A stretch of 64,000 bases of DNA, taken from positions 39,177 to 103,176 of the forward strand of contig JAILHK010000006.1 in NCBI GenBank assembly GCA_024695815.1. The letters are read 5' to 3'. The DNA comes from Prevotella sp. (GTDB lineage Bacteria; Bacteroidota; Bacteroidia; Bacteroidales; Bacteroidaceae). Both the position numbers and the translations under genes were made by a program. Under the pieces are notes generated by a model that was not told the DNA's origin, did not search any database, and was given only the letters and a program-made list of their open reading frames with translations. This document shows, one piece after another, positions 36,722-47,239 of this stretch (position 1 is the stretch's first letter; each line of letters opens with the position of its first letter).

Positions 36722-39165
36722 AATTTGATGTCAGCATTGAGAACGATATCAGCCGAAGAACGACCTACCATGATACTGAATACGCCCGGCTGCATACGGA
36801 AAGACTCACTGATGACATCATAATACATGAAAGCATCTCTGTCAAGCAATACAGTCACATGCTTACTTTCACCTGGGCGCAGTGAGACCTTCTCAAAACC
36901 CTTCAGTTCCTTAACTGGACGCACAACGATGGGTTGTTGCTCACCAACATATACCTGTGCCACTTCCTTGGCCTCCTTTTTCCCTGTATTAGTGATGGTG
37001 AATGCCACTTCCACCTGACCATCAGAGAGTTGGTTCACCTTCAAGTCACTATACTTGAAACTGGTATATGAAAGACCGAAACCAAAGGGGAACAGCGGCT
37101 TGATACCATCACGCTCATAACCACGATAGCCCACGAAGACACCCTCACGATATTCTACGGTTCTTAATTCACGCGCCTTCGTATTTTCATTGTAATTGGC
37201 GGCAGAAGGGTTATCCTCCAAACGGCGTTCAATAGAAATTGGCAGACGACCACTGGGCGAGAGCTTTCCTGTTAGAATCTCAGCTAAAGCCATTCCTCCC
37301 TCCTGACCAGGATACCATGCCATCACGATACCCTTGACATCATTCATCCAACTATCCATCTCAACACCACCTCCAGCATTGATAACCACTACAGTATTCG
37401 GATTGATTTCTGCCACTTTCTTTATCATTTCACGTTGGAATTCTGGCAACATGAAAGGACGGTCGAAGCCCTCACCTTCGATACTGCTATTAAAACCAAC
37501 AGCATAAACCACATTATTGGCTTTTCGCAGTCCTTTTCGAAGGATATCCTCGTTAAGTCGTTGTAGCGTGAGCTTAATGTTAGCAGAAGAGATATTGTCA
37601 AAGTATTCAACCTCCAGATGATAGCCTTTCTTTCCCTTCAGATGGAGAGTCTTCTCACGATAGGAATAAGCATGATTTCCCCAGTCGGCAGCCACCTGTT
37701 TGCCATTAATCTTGATGCGATAGCCATCATCACCACCAATATAGATTTTCAGTGTCTCATCTTTCTGTGGTTCATAATAACCAGTCCAACGCACTGAGAA
37801 AGTATCAGTAGGCATTCCCTTCATCGCACAACCATACTCCCAGTCGAAGTCAACCTTCTCATCAACACGCAGGGCAAAGGGTTTTCCTTCGAGTGACTTA
37901 TTGTTATAGTAAGCGCCACAAAAGCCTTTCTCCGTCTTGGTGCTATCAGTAAAGACCTCCGCCTGAATATTATCGAAGATGACATCATCTGTCAGCATCA
38001 TCGTTTTTTTACGAAGTAAGGTCATACCCTTACAGAGTGATGTGGCATGGAAAGGTTCTACATTACCACTACCACCACCCGTTGTAATCTCACTGGCATT
38101 TGTACCCATGACAGCAGTAACACCTTTCAAGGGCAGCACATCTCCTTCATTGCGCAACAGCACAATACCCTCACGAGCCAGTTCCAGAGCTGTTTGAGCA
38201 GACTGTTCATAATCCAAGGGTATAGACTCGTCTTTCTGCTGACGGTCGAAGAGTCCGAAACTGATGATCGTCTGTAGGATATGCTTCACCTTCTCATCAA
38301 TGACACGTTCATCTACGGTACCATTCTTCAGTGCCTCCTTCAGGTTGTCCATATTCAGGAACTTGCCTTTAGGCATCTCTAAATCCAATCCATTATTGGC
38401 AGCTGCAATAGAAGAATAGACCGACGTCCAGTCCGACATCAGGAGACCTTCAAATCCCCATTCCTTACGCAATACATCGCGGTTTAGCCATGCATTCTCC
38501 GTGGCATGAACGCCATTGAGAAGATTATAGCTATTCATAACTGCTCCTACACCAGCCTTAGTAACCGCCGTTTTAAAAGCAGGAAAATAGATTTCGTAAA
38601 GCGTACGACGATCTATCTCCGAGTTGACATGATGGCGATTCCATTCCTGGTTATTACCTGCGAAATGTTTGATGGTTGCCATTACACCTCTCGACTGCAC
38701 ACCTTTTATATATTCACAAGCTATCTGACTGGTAAGATACGGATCCTCACCAAAATATTCATAGTTACGGCCACACAGCGGTGAGCGATAGATATTGACA
38801 CCAGGTCCCAACAAAATACCCACACCACGGGCACGAGCATCATCACCAAGACTTACGCCAAGGCGATGGAAGAGGCTGCGGTTCCATGTTGCAGCACTAA
38901 GGATTGAAGCAGGATAGAGCGTGCTATGAGGCGCATGATTACGCAGTCCCACCGGACCATCGGCCAGCAATACTGTGGGGATTCCAACCCTTGGTATAGC
39001 TCGTAACGAGAAAGATGTCGCACCCGAGAGGTAAGACACCTTCTCCTCGAGCGTCATATTCTTTACGATGGCATCAGCACGTTGCTTTGCCTCTTTCGTA
39101 ATAGGTTGCGCAACGGAAAACAAAGAGGAGCAAAGGAAGGCTCCGATAATTAAGAGTCGAGTCAT
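36718..39165 (-). CDS. GH3 beta-glucosidase/xylosidase with PA14 insert and FnIII domain
   Basis: ADGPVG, GRNYEYFGEDP, IKHF, LMSDW nucleophile, FSVRWTG..DDG PA14, FPFGFGLSY. Confidence 0.93.
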   Translation of the reverse strand: MTRLLIIGAFLCSSLFSVAQPITKEAKQRADAIVKNMTLEEKVSYLSGATSFSLRAIPRVGIPTVLLADGPVGLRNHAPHSTLYPASILSAATWNRSLFHRLGVSLGDDARARGVGILLGPGVNIYRSPLCGRNYEYFGEDPYLTSQIACEYIKGVQSRGVMATIKHFAGNNQEWNRHHVNSEIDRRTLYEIYFPAFKTAVTKAGVGAVMNSYNLLNGVHATENAWLNRDVLRKEWGFEGLLMSDWTSVYSSIAAANNGLDLEMPKGKFLNMDNLKEALKNGTVDERVIDEKVKHILQTIISFGLFDRQQKDESIPLDYEQSAQTALELAREGIVLLRNEGDVLPLKGVTAVMGTNASEITTGGGSGNVEPFHATSLCKGMTLLRKKTMMLTDDVIFDNIQAEVFTDSTKTEKGFCGAYYNNKSLEGKPFALRVDEKVDFDWEYGCAMKGMPTDTFSVRWTGYYEPQKDETLKIYIGGDDGYRIKINGKQVAADWGNHAYSYREKTLHLKGKKGYHLEVEYFDNISSANIKLTLQRLNEDILRKGLRKANNVVYAVGFNSSIEGEGFDRPFMLPEFQREMIKKVAEINPNTVVVINAGGGVEMDSWMNDVKGIVMAWYPGQEGGMALAEILTGKLSPSGRLPISIERRLEDNPSAANYNENTKARELRTVEYREGVFVGYRGYERDGIKPLFPFGFGLSYTSFKYSDLKVNQLSDGQVEVAFTITNTGKKEAKEVAQVYVGEQQPIVVRPVKELKGFEKVSLRPGESKHVTVLLDRDAFMYYDVISESFRMQPGVFSIMVGRSSADIVLNADIKL

Positions 39166-39172
39166 GATATTT

Positions 39173-42100
39173 TTATTTAATTGTTATTTCTACTGATTGA
39201 TTACCGGCCATGATGATATAGGTTCCAGGTTCCAAGACATTATTTCCCTCACTATCCACAAAGCCAAGATCACGTGTGGTATTCAGATGGAATGTGTAGT
39301 TTTCGCTCTTTCCTGCTGGGATATCCTTTTTTGCAAAGAACCTCAACTCCTTAACAGGACGCGTCAATGGTGCATACTTGCAAGTCACAAAGCCAAGTAC
39401 CGTTTCCTTGCCATCCAGCTTACCCGTATTACGAACAGGTATGGTTACTTCGAAATCCTCGTTTGCCTTCAGTTCTTTCTTCGATATGCTGATAGCTCCA
39501 TACTGAAATGTTGTGTAGCTCAGTCCATATCCGAAAGAATAGAGAGGTGTGCTGGGAATATCCTGATAGAAACCCTGATGATGGCGTGCACTGGCACGCT
39601 GGTTATAGTAGATTGGAATCTGACCAGACGTATACGGGAACGTGATAGCCAACTTACCGGATGGATTGATACGTCCAGAGAGGATTCCTGCCAACGGTTT
39701 TCCGCCAGGAGTACCGGGTTGCCACATCTCAACGATAGCATCAGCCAGCGGTTCCATGCGATTCAGCTGCAGGGGACGTCCGTTACTCAGCACAAGCACT
39801 ATCTTTTTACCCGTATCACGAAGATGTTTCAGTAAGTCCAACTGTATCTGAGGTAGCTCGATGGTAGAGCGCGATGTATTCTCACCGCTCCACTTGCGGC
39901 GTTCACCCAGACAGGCAATGACAACATCGGCCTGCTGTGCCAAGCGTATAGCCTCCTCAAACCCCGCAATATCTTCTCCTTCAAAGTCGCAACCTTTGGC
40001 ATATCCTACTATGGTTTCTTTTCCGAACTCATCCATCAAAGCTTCCCATATCGTTGTCACATCCTTTTTTTCACCATGGCCCATCCAACAGCCCATCATT
40101 TCCTCCTGTGCTTTCGCTAAAGGACCAACGACAGCGATACGCTTACCGCTCAGTGGCAGTAGCGAATGTGTGTTCTTCAACAAAACCATCGATTCTGCCG
40201 CCAACTGCTCTGCTGTTTGACGGCTGTCCCCACGCAGGAATCGACTATTGTCAACAGGTTCTGGTGTATAAGGATGCTCAAACAGTCCCAATTCAAATTT
40301 CAGGGTGAGGATACGCCTTACGGCATCATCTATCAACGACAAGTCAACAGTCCCCTTCTCTACCGATTGTCTCAAATGCTCATCATAAGCATGCGACATC
40401 ATGTCTATATCAACGCCTGCCTTTATGGCCATCTCGCCTGCACTTCCAAGGCTAGCAGCAGCACCTTGGCTTTTCAACTGGGCGATAGCAGCCCAGTCCG
40501 ACACCACGAAACCTTCAAAACCAAGTTTGTCGCGCAGCACATCCCGCAGCACATAACTGTTTGATGTCACAGGCGTGCCGTTCAGATTATTAAACGAGCT
40601 CATAATCGTAGCAGGTTTCTCCTTCATACACAGGCGATAGGGAGTGAGATAAGTATCCCACAATGTTTGTTGCGACACCTCCGTATATACATAGTCACGT
40701 CCAGCTTCCGAAGCGCCATAAGCCACATAGTGTTTCAAACAGGATGCGATAGAAAGACTGTCGTTCAACGATGAGCCTTGATAACCACGCACAGCAGCAG
40801 CACCCATCATACCGTTTAGGTAAGGATCCTCGCCATAGCCCTCTGCCACACGTCCCCAACGAGGATCATGAGCCACATCGACCATTGGCGAGAAGGTCCA
40901 GTCAACGCCCGACATCCTTGACTCCTGAGCAGCCACACGACACGACTGCTCCGCCAACTGTTCGTTGAAGCTGCAGGCTTGTGCCAGAGGTATAGGAAAA
41001 ATGGTACGGAATCCGTGAATAACATCGTGTGCAAAGAGAATTGGGATGCCAAGCCGCGACTTCTCCATAGCCGTGCGCTGCATCATGTTGCGCAACTTTG
41101 GATCTGTACCGAAATAGATCAGCGACCCCACTTCTGCAGGTATGTTTACTACTTCACGTCCCTTGTTGTTCTCGATATTATTACGTCCAAGTGTGAACTG
41201 CACCAGTTGCATGATTTTCTCGTCCAGCGTCATCCTACCCAACAAGTCTTCCACCCTTCTTGAAACAGACGCTGCTGTGTCCTTATATACAGGTAACTGC
41301 TCGCGGATAGCGAGTGATTGCGATTTAGAGAAAGGCGTCTTTGCTTTCTGTGTATAATAATCATGCATGATATACCATGCTTGTTTTCGTTGTCCCTGGT
41401 CAGACACCAGTCCCTTACGATTCCATCCATCCTGATTGGTAGGATGCAGACGGGTAGGACTACGGAAGTCGAAGAGTATCCATGGGGAAACGCCACAGAG
41501 GTTATCGATATTCTCAAACATCGTCAGGTTACGGCGATAGAGTTCTGCCTGATATTCCTCACTCCAGCTACTTGCCACCTCCCTGTCGCCATGTTGTCCA
41601 TAGAGTGCTTCACAACCGAACTCTGAGATAAAGAGAGGCTTTTCCTTAGCAACATCCCAGAACAAGTCCTTTGGGTTCTTCGGCCATGCCGCATACCAAC
41701 CCATATATTTATTAATACCTATCACGTCGAGGTTGTGATAGAAGTCATCATCCATTACAAAGCGGTCTTTCTCCGAATCATAGGCAGCTAGATCGTAGGC
41801 AGCAGTGAAGAGACGGGTAGAGTCCATTTCCTTACCAACACGCAGCAACTCACGCAAGAAAGCATTACGCGCAGGCGTATTCTTTGTCTCATTGGCAATT
41901 CCCCAGAAACAGTCTGCACAACGGTTGCGGTCGCGACGAATTGTCTCGCGCAACATATCCGAAGCTTTGGCAAGTGTTTCCTTGTTGCCGAAATCTATAT
42001 CCTGCCATACAGGAATCTCCTGCCAGAGCATGATGCCCATTTTCTCTGCCAGTCTGACAATATACTCATTCTGCTGATAATGCGCCAAGCGCACCATATT

Positions 42101-43123
42101 GACGCCAAGTGCCTTTGCCTCTGAGAGCAGCATCATAGCATCGCCCTCGCTATAAGCGCGCCCCATGCGCTGAGGTATCTCCTCGTGGAAAGAAACAGAA
42201 CGAAGGAACGTCTCCTTGCCATTTAGATATATGCGCGTTCCTTTTACCTCTATATTACGAAAGCCTATCTCATCCTTCACCTCGTCGGCAACAGTTTTTA
42301 TCGTCACCGCATAGCATTTAGGCATCTCTGGCGACCAGCGCTTCAGGCCCTTGACCTTTATACGACCGCAAGCCACACCCTCACTGTCAGTCTTCAACTG
42401 GAGGTGTTGCTTCAATTCGGGAATCTCCACTTGTACGTTTTCCCCTGCTATGGTCTTCGACAGTTCTACCCGAACATTGATAATATCAGGCAAGTGTTTG
42501 TCCAACTGAACAACATAATCACTGATATAGACCTCCGGCACACTGACCAACATCACATCACGCGTGATACCGCCATAGTTCCACCAGTCAAACGACATTG
42601 CAGGGATTGCCTCCTTGCGTCGTGTATTATTCACTGCGATGCACAAGAAGTTACTTCCTTCTTTTAGTTGGCTCGTAACATCCACTTGAAAAGGAGTAAA
42701 AGCACCTTCGTGCTCCATCACCTTCTCTCCATTCAGGTAAACAGCACAGCGATTGCTTACACCCGAAAAATAAAGTATCTCCTTACCAGCCCTCTTCGGT
42801 TGATAGTCGAAGTGACGTGCATACCACACCGTTCCCTCGTAGTATTTCAGTTCCGCAGCCTGACTATTCCAGTCGCTAGGAACATTCAATCGAAGCCCTC
42901 CCTCGAAAGAGAACTCGTAGAATTCCTCTTTCGTCTGTGGCTTCGCATTCTTATAGACCGACATCCGCTCGCCCGCGCTAAAAGGATCAATAAGCGCTGC
43001 CCACTTCCCGTTAAGACTCGTACAACTTCGACCATAGACATTAGCTACATAAGAGGTGGCTGCAACAGCATGGGTGGCACCTATTATAATATATAAAAGG
43101 AGAATAGCAATATTTCTTTTCAT
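39173..43123 (-). CDS. GH2 beta-glucuronidase-like / GH3 beta-glycosidase fusion
   Basis: N-half: DWWNYGGITR, VRLAHY, GIANE, ISEFG, WNRKG (NxKG). C-half: DVIHG, RWGRVAEGYGEDP, LKHY, VVSDW, FGYGLSY. One continuous ORF. Confidence 0.88.
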   Translation of the reverse strand: MKRNIAILLLYIIIGATHAVAATSYVANVYGRSCTSLNGKWAALIDPFSAGERMSVYKNAKPQTKEEFYEFSFEGGLRLNVPSDWNSQAAELKYYEGTVWYARHFDYQPKRAGKEILYFSGVSNRCAVYLNGEKVMEHEGAFTPFQVDVTSQLKEGSNFLCIAVNNTRRKEAIPAMSFDWWNYGGITRDVMLVSVPEVYISDYVVQLDKHLPDIINVRVELSKTIAGENVQVEIPELKQHLQLKTDSEGVACGRIKVKGLKRWSPEMPKCYAVTIKTVADEVKDEIGFRNIEVKGTRIYLNGKETFLRSVSFHEEIPQRMGRAYSEGDAMMLLSEAKALGVNMVRLAHYQQNEYIVRLAEKMGIMLWQEIPVWQDIDFGNKETLAKASDMLRETIRRDRNRCADCFWGIANETKNTPARNAFLRELLRVGKEMDSTRLFTAAYDLAAYDSEKDRFVMDDDFYHNLDVIGINKYMGWYAAWPKNPKDLFWDVAKEKPLFISEFGCEALYGQHGDREVASSWSEEYQAELYRRNLTMFENIDNLCGVSPWILFDFRSPTRLHPTNQDGWNRKGLVSDQGQRKQAWYIMHDYYTQKAKTPFSKSQSLAIREQLPVYKDTAASVSRRVEDLLGRMTLDEKIMQLVQFTLGRNNIENNKGREVVNIPAEVGSLIYFGTDPKLRNMMQRTAMEKSRLGIPILFAHDVIHGFRTIFPIPLAQACSFNEQLAEQSCRVAAQESRMSGVDWTFSPMVDVAHDPRWGRVAEGYGEDPYLNGMMGAAAVRGYQGSSLNDSLSIASCLKHYVAYGASEAGRDYVYTEVSQQTLWDTYLTPYRLCMKEKPATIMSSFNNLNGTPVTSNSYVLRDVLRDKLGFEGFVVSDWAAIAQLKSQGAAASLGSAGEMAIKAGVDIDMMSHAYDEHLRQSVEKGTVDLSLIDDAVRRILTLKFELGLFEHPYTPEPVDNSRFLRGDSRQTAEQLAAESMVLLKNTHSLLPLSGKRIAVVGPLAKAQEEMMGCWMGHGEKKDVTTIWEALMDEFGKETIVGYAKGCDFEGEDIAGFEEAIRLAQQADVVIACLGERRKWSGENTSRSTIELPQIQLDLLKHLRDTGKKIVLVLSNGRPLQLNRMEPLADAIVEMWQPGTPGGKPLAGILSGRINPSGKLAITFPYTSGQIPIYYNQRASARHHQGFYQDIPSTPLYSFGYGLSYTTFQYGAISISKKELKANEDFEVTIPVRNTGKLDGKETVLGFVTCKYAPLTRPVKELRFFAKKDIPAGKSENYTFHLNTTRDLGFVDSEGNNVLEPGTYIIMAGNQSVEITIK

Positions 43124-46100
43124 TTTCGATGATAGCGATATAATTGATAATCATTCTTTTCAGACAGTGAGAAACGTATCTTTCCGTCTGCTTCCACAGA
43201 GACCTCTGTCGAGGCACCCGTTCCGAAGACAGGTTGAAGTAGCAAGCGGTCGCCTTCCTTCAGCCAAGTCTTCATCAGAGCACTATTTGCCTCGTTGTCT
43301 TCACGAAAAACAAGCAGGAAACCCTCTTCATCGTTCAGGATAGACTGAAAGCCAGTCCATGAGCGTCCGTCCGGCTCGTTTCCTATCGGAAGAATACAAC
43401 CTTTATGCAGTTCTTCCTGGACCTTTCGATACTGCTTAACAACCTTTTCCGCATCGAATGCTGCATCTGGCAGATTCTGCGCTTCCATCCATGCCAATGG
43501 CTGTCCGGCCATTGCCACAGCGAAAAGGTAGTCGAAACGATAGTTATGGGGAGCAAAGACATCATTCTCAGGATACTTGTCCTCGTTGCGCCACTTATTC
43601 AGGAATTCCACTTGCAGACGCTCAGTGGGAACATAGCGCGAGAGCTGCCACAAGTTGCGCAACGTCTGATAGGGATAATAGTTACCCCAGTCTGTATAGC
43701 GATTCTCCAAGAACACGTTGCCATATTCAGCAAACATGTGATAGCCACCTCTGCGACCTGCTGTAGCGTCCAGATTAAACATCACCTCCTGATGACTCTC
43801 CTGCATGACTTTGTCAAACAGCCTTCGCAGGTTTTGCTCAGCCCGTTTGGTAGGAATCTGCAAACCGTCAATTTTGAAAATAGTGATGCCGTATTGTTTC
43901 CACAATGCCAAAATTGCATCAGCATCTTTCTGCCAGTCGGCAAAATCATTCTGGATACTTGGGTTATACCACAAGCCAATACGAATGCCCAACTGCCGTC
44001 CTTTCTCCACAATTGGTGTCAAGCCATTGGGAAACTTGATGGTGTCCGGCATCCAGTAGTCTGCTTTTTTCCATATATCATTAAAGGAACCTTTCGCCAC
44101 CTTTGAATTGGGGCTCTTGCCTATCTGCCAGCCATCATCCAACTGAAACACACTAACACCTAAACGAGCAGCCTTATCCAGCTCAGCAAGACAGAAAGCC
44201 GCATCTATCTTGCTATCCTGACTGCGGTCGCCCCACGTGTTCAGCATCACCATCTCGTCGTTAGCACGCTGACATATACGTGCCTGTTTCTGATAACCAC
44301 GCAGGTTTGTCAAGGCATCTAAATCGCTACCGTCGTACACCCCAAGTACCACACCATATGTAGGCACCCATTCCGTTGGCGAGACATCCTTAGCAGTCAA
44401 ACCAGTACCCGTCACCTTGAAGGTTCCGAAGTCCGTACGGAAGTCATAACCAGGATAGTGAAGTTGTGTACTGGAACAAGGAGCCTCTTTCAGAAAAAAG
44501 AAGCCATCATTAGAGATTCCATCCTTTGCAAAGAGCAGGTTGCCACGATGAGAACTTTCTCTATAGGGAATAAACGAATGCTCACTTACCAGATTATTGT
44601 TCCAGTCTGTATAGTCAAGAAACTCCACCGTACGTGTCTGCCAGTGATGACCACCCAACTCCAAACGGTCGAGCACGGGCACCTTTACTGCCACGCTCAT
44701 ATCTGCCGTCGATTCAATATTCTTTCTATCGGCGCCTGAAACTTCCTTCTCCGTCTGCTGTCCTTCAAGTTGACCTCTTAAATAGGTCTGACAAGCAATG
44801 GCAGCTACATCATCATAGATGCGATACTCTCGGATCACATCCAGTTTGCCTTTAAAGAATGATACCTTTACTGACAGATAACCATTATGTAGTGAATTTC
44901 CAACAACAGCCTCTGTTTCAAGATGACCATCGCGTGCCTCACCTTTCACCATGAGCATATCAGGATTCTTGCCCTGTGCCGACAGATAGCGACCGTTCTT
45001 CTTATTCAGCAGACCAATCGTCTTCAAGTCTCCACCATTCCATAGGAAAATGCGTTCCATGTAGTCATTACCCATTCGCAAGGTATCATCATTTAATTGC
45101 GCATAGCCCTGAAGAAGCGACGGCTTCTTGGGTTGGTCGAGCATAATGTTGGGAGCGTTGAAACGTTGGTTGTCTGGTGCATCCTCTGCACCCGCACCAG
45201 CCTGCATGAGCTGTTGCAGTTCAGGGATATATCTCTCATAGACTCCGCGTGGACTCACACCATATTTATGGCATAGCGAAGCTGCCATTCCCACCACTTC
45301 GCCCATCATGCCTGTGGTACGCATGACGCGTATCGTGCCCAGTGCCACATGCGTGCAACTGATGTTACGTCCTGCCATAAACAGGTTGCTGATGTTACGA
45401 GAGTAAAGGCAACGATAGGGTACGTCATAAGGATGAATCCAGTTGTGCACAGTCCTGGTTTTGAACTCCTCACCGGGAAAGTACTTCGTATTCGCCGGGT
45501 CAGGAAAGTGCAAATCGATAGCCCATGTGGTACAGAACGAGGCATCCTTGTGCTGTATGTTATTATCAATATCGTTTTGCGTCAGCACATAGTCACCCAA
45601 CAGTCGGCGTGATTCACGCTTTCCCTGCACATAGCCCAACCAGTCGAGCTGACGACGCGCATACTTGTCTTTACGTTTGGATCTGTTCTTCAGGAAGCTC
45701 CAATTGGAATAAACCACAAACATACCATAGTCGCGGATTTGCTCCGCCTGTGTGATCTGGTTCTTGTTCATACCTGTCTCCCAGGTCCATTCACCATTAG
45801 TGACAAACTGCGCATTCTGTTCATTGAACGCCATACCATATTCAAAGAGAGGAAAAGCCACGGGTTTATCCGTTGGCTTAGAATACCATTGCAACGAAGA
45901 GCCCATCACAAGAGTATCAGCATACTCAGGTGCCAAACTCTCGTTGTACTCATAGCGAGCCTCTCGTCCCATAGAATAGTCGGCACCAGCCAATGCGCCT
46001 ATCGTTCCGTCACCCGTGCAGTCTGAGAACAAGCCTGCCTCGAGGACTATACGTTGTGCAGTCTCAATTTGTTCTATTACAACATGGTCTATCCGATTAT

Positions 46101-46974
46101 TCGTCGTCTTCACGTCGATGGCACGGAAGCCTGCAAACAAAGTGATATTCTTCTCACTGAGGATGAAAGAGTCTTTCTTTTGGTCTTCATAATATTCGGC
46201 TGGCATGGCATTGCCACTTCGTGTGTGACCAAACTCACGAATCATGCGTCCCAGTCGCGGATACTTACCCGTCTCACTGACACCACTCAGATGAACGCGC
46301 ACCTCCGATGAGTTGTTGCCGCCCAGTACGAAACGGTCGTTGACCAAGGCCACACGCAGATGCTGACGGGCTGCAGCCATCGCTGCACACATGCCCGCAA
46401 TGCCACCACCAACAACAACAAGGTCGAACGTCTGTGACTGGTCTGTCTGCACCTTCTGCAAGCTTCTGCGCCACGCCGTGGGCTGTGCAACGGCATTGGG
46501 GTTAAAAGTCTTTGATGTAGTCAGCAGTATCGCGTCACAACGACCATCGAAGCCTGTCAGGTCGTGAAGAGCAAGCTTGGTCTCTCCTTTTTCCAATTCC
46601 ACTTGTCCTGCCTCTTGCCAATACCATCCATGACCGATAGTACCCAACTGTTCTGAACGGAAGTTTTCACCTATGGTCAACTGAAAGGCGCCAGGTCCTT
46701 TCTTTCCTCCACTAAAAGGAGCTGTCCAATTGTACGTACGCACATAGACACGATACCTTCCACCCTTCTTTACAGATAATATTGTCGTTGCATCTGCCAC
46801 GGGGGTTCCCAGTCCGTGAGCCAACAGATAGGGCGACCCCATCAGGTTCATGAACTGCTGATCAACGGCCCAGCCACCTTTGTTCTGGAAAGCTTCCGTC
46901 TCAATCAGGATATCTGTTGCACCTATCAGTAGTGAAAAGCCTATAGAAATCAGAGATAAAAGAAATCTTTTCAT
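43120..46974 (-). CDS. FAD-dependent oxidoreductase fused to a GH36/clan-D alpha-galactosidase-like domain
   Basis: DLVVVGGGIAG, LGGNNSSE, DCTGDG, RESRRLLGD, LFMAGRNIS; C-half MLNTWGD, FQLDDGWQ, IGLW, FKIDG. Confidence 0.8.
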   Translation of the reverse strand: MKRFLLSLISIGFSLLIGATDILIETEAFQNKGGWAVDQQFMNLMGSPYLLAHGLGTPVADATTILSVKKGGRYRVYVRTYNWTAPFSGGKKGPGAFQLTIGENFRSEQLGTIGHGWYWQEAGQVELEKGETKLALHDLTGFDGRCDAILLTTSKTFNPNAVAQPTAWRRSLQKVQTDQSQTFDLVVVGGGIAGMCAAMAAARQHLRVALVNDRFVLGGNNSSEVRVHLSGVSETGKYPRLGRMIREFGHTRSGNAMPAEYYEDQKKDSFILSEKNITLFAGFRAIDVKTTNNRIDHVVIEQIETAQRIVLEAGLFSDCTGDGTIGALAGADYSMGREARYEYNESLAPEYADTLVMGSSLQWYSKPTDKPVAFPLFEYGMAFNEQNAQFVTNGEWTWETGMNKNQITQAEQIRDYGMFVVYSNWSFLKNRSKRKDKYARRQLDWLGYVQGKRESRRLLGDYVLTQNDIDNNIQHKDASFCTTWAIDLHFPDPANTKYFPGEEFKTRTVHNWIHPYDVPYRCLYSRNISNLFMAGRNISCTHVALGTIRVMRTTGMMGEVVGMAASLCHKYGVSPRGVYERYIPELQQLMQAGAGAEDAPDNQRFNAPNIMLDQPKKPSLLQGYAQLNDDTLRMGNDYMERIFLWNGGDLKTIGLLNKKNGRYLSAQGKNPDMLMVKGEARDGHLETEAVVGNSLHNGYLSVKVSFFKGKLDVIREYRIYDDVAAIACQTYLRGQLEGQQTEKEVSGADRKNIESTADMSVAVKVPVLDRLELGGHHWQTRTVEFLDYTDWNNNLVSEHSFIPYRESSHRGNLLFAKDGISNDGFFFLKEAPCSSTQLHYPGYDFRTDFGTFKVTGTGLTAKDVSPTEWVPTYGVVLGVYDGSDLDALTNLRGYQKQARICQRANDEMVMLNTWGDRSQDSKIDAAFCLAELDKAARLGVSVFQLDDGWQIGKSPNSKVAKGSFNDIWKKADYWMPDTIKFPNGLTPIVEKGRQLGIRIGLWYNPSIQNDFADWQKDADAILALWKQYGITIFKIDGLQIPTKRAEQNLRRLFDKVMQESHQEVMFNLDATAGRRGGYHMFAEYGNVFLENRYTDWGNYYPYQTLRNLWQLSRYVPTERLQVEFLNKWRNEDKYPENDVFAPHNYRFDYLFAVAMAGQPLAWMEAQNLPDAAFDAEKVVKQYRKVQEELHKGCILPIGNEPDGRSWTGFQSILNDEEGFLLVFREDNEANSALMKTWLKEGDRLLLQPVFGTGASTEVSVEADGKIRFSLSEKNDYQLYRYHRK

Positions 46975-47168
46975 CGACGATAATACTGCTTGTATTGTAT
47001 TTTATATTATTGTTCTTTTTGTAAGCTTTGTCCTATGACGTTATCAAACCTAAAGTTTCATGTGGTCAAAGCGATGCCTTGATATAACCATTTAGATTAT
47101 TTCGCTCAGCAATATAATTTATTTTGCCGTACTATTTAATTTATTTTGGTCGGCAATTTAAATTGTAT

Positions 47169-47215
47169 GTCAAGCCTACAGTTGAAGTTTGGCACTCCGA
47201 AACTGCAGGTTTGAC
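47169..47215 (-). other. imperfect stem-loop after the SusC-D-E-lipoprotein cluster
   Basis: GTCAAGCCTACAGTT / AACTGCAGGTTTGAC (13/15 complementary). Confidence 0.45.
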
Positions 47216-47239
47216 CATACAAAACCTTTCAAATAACAA

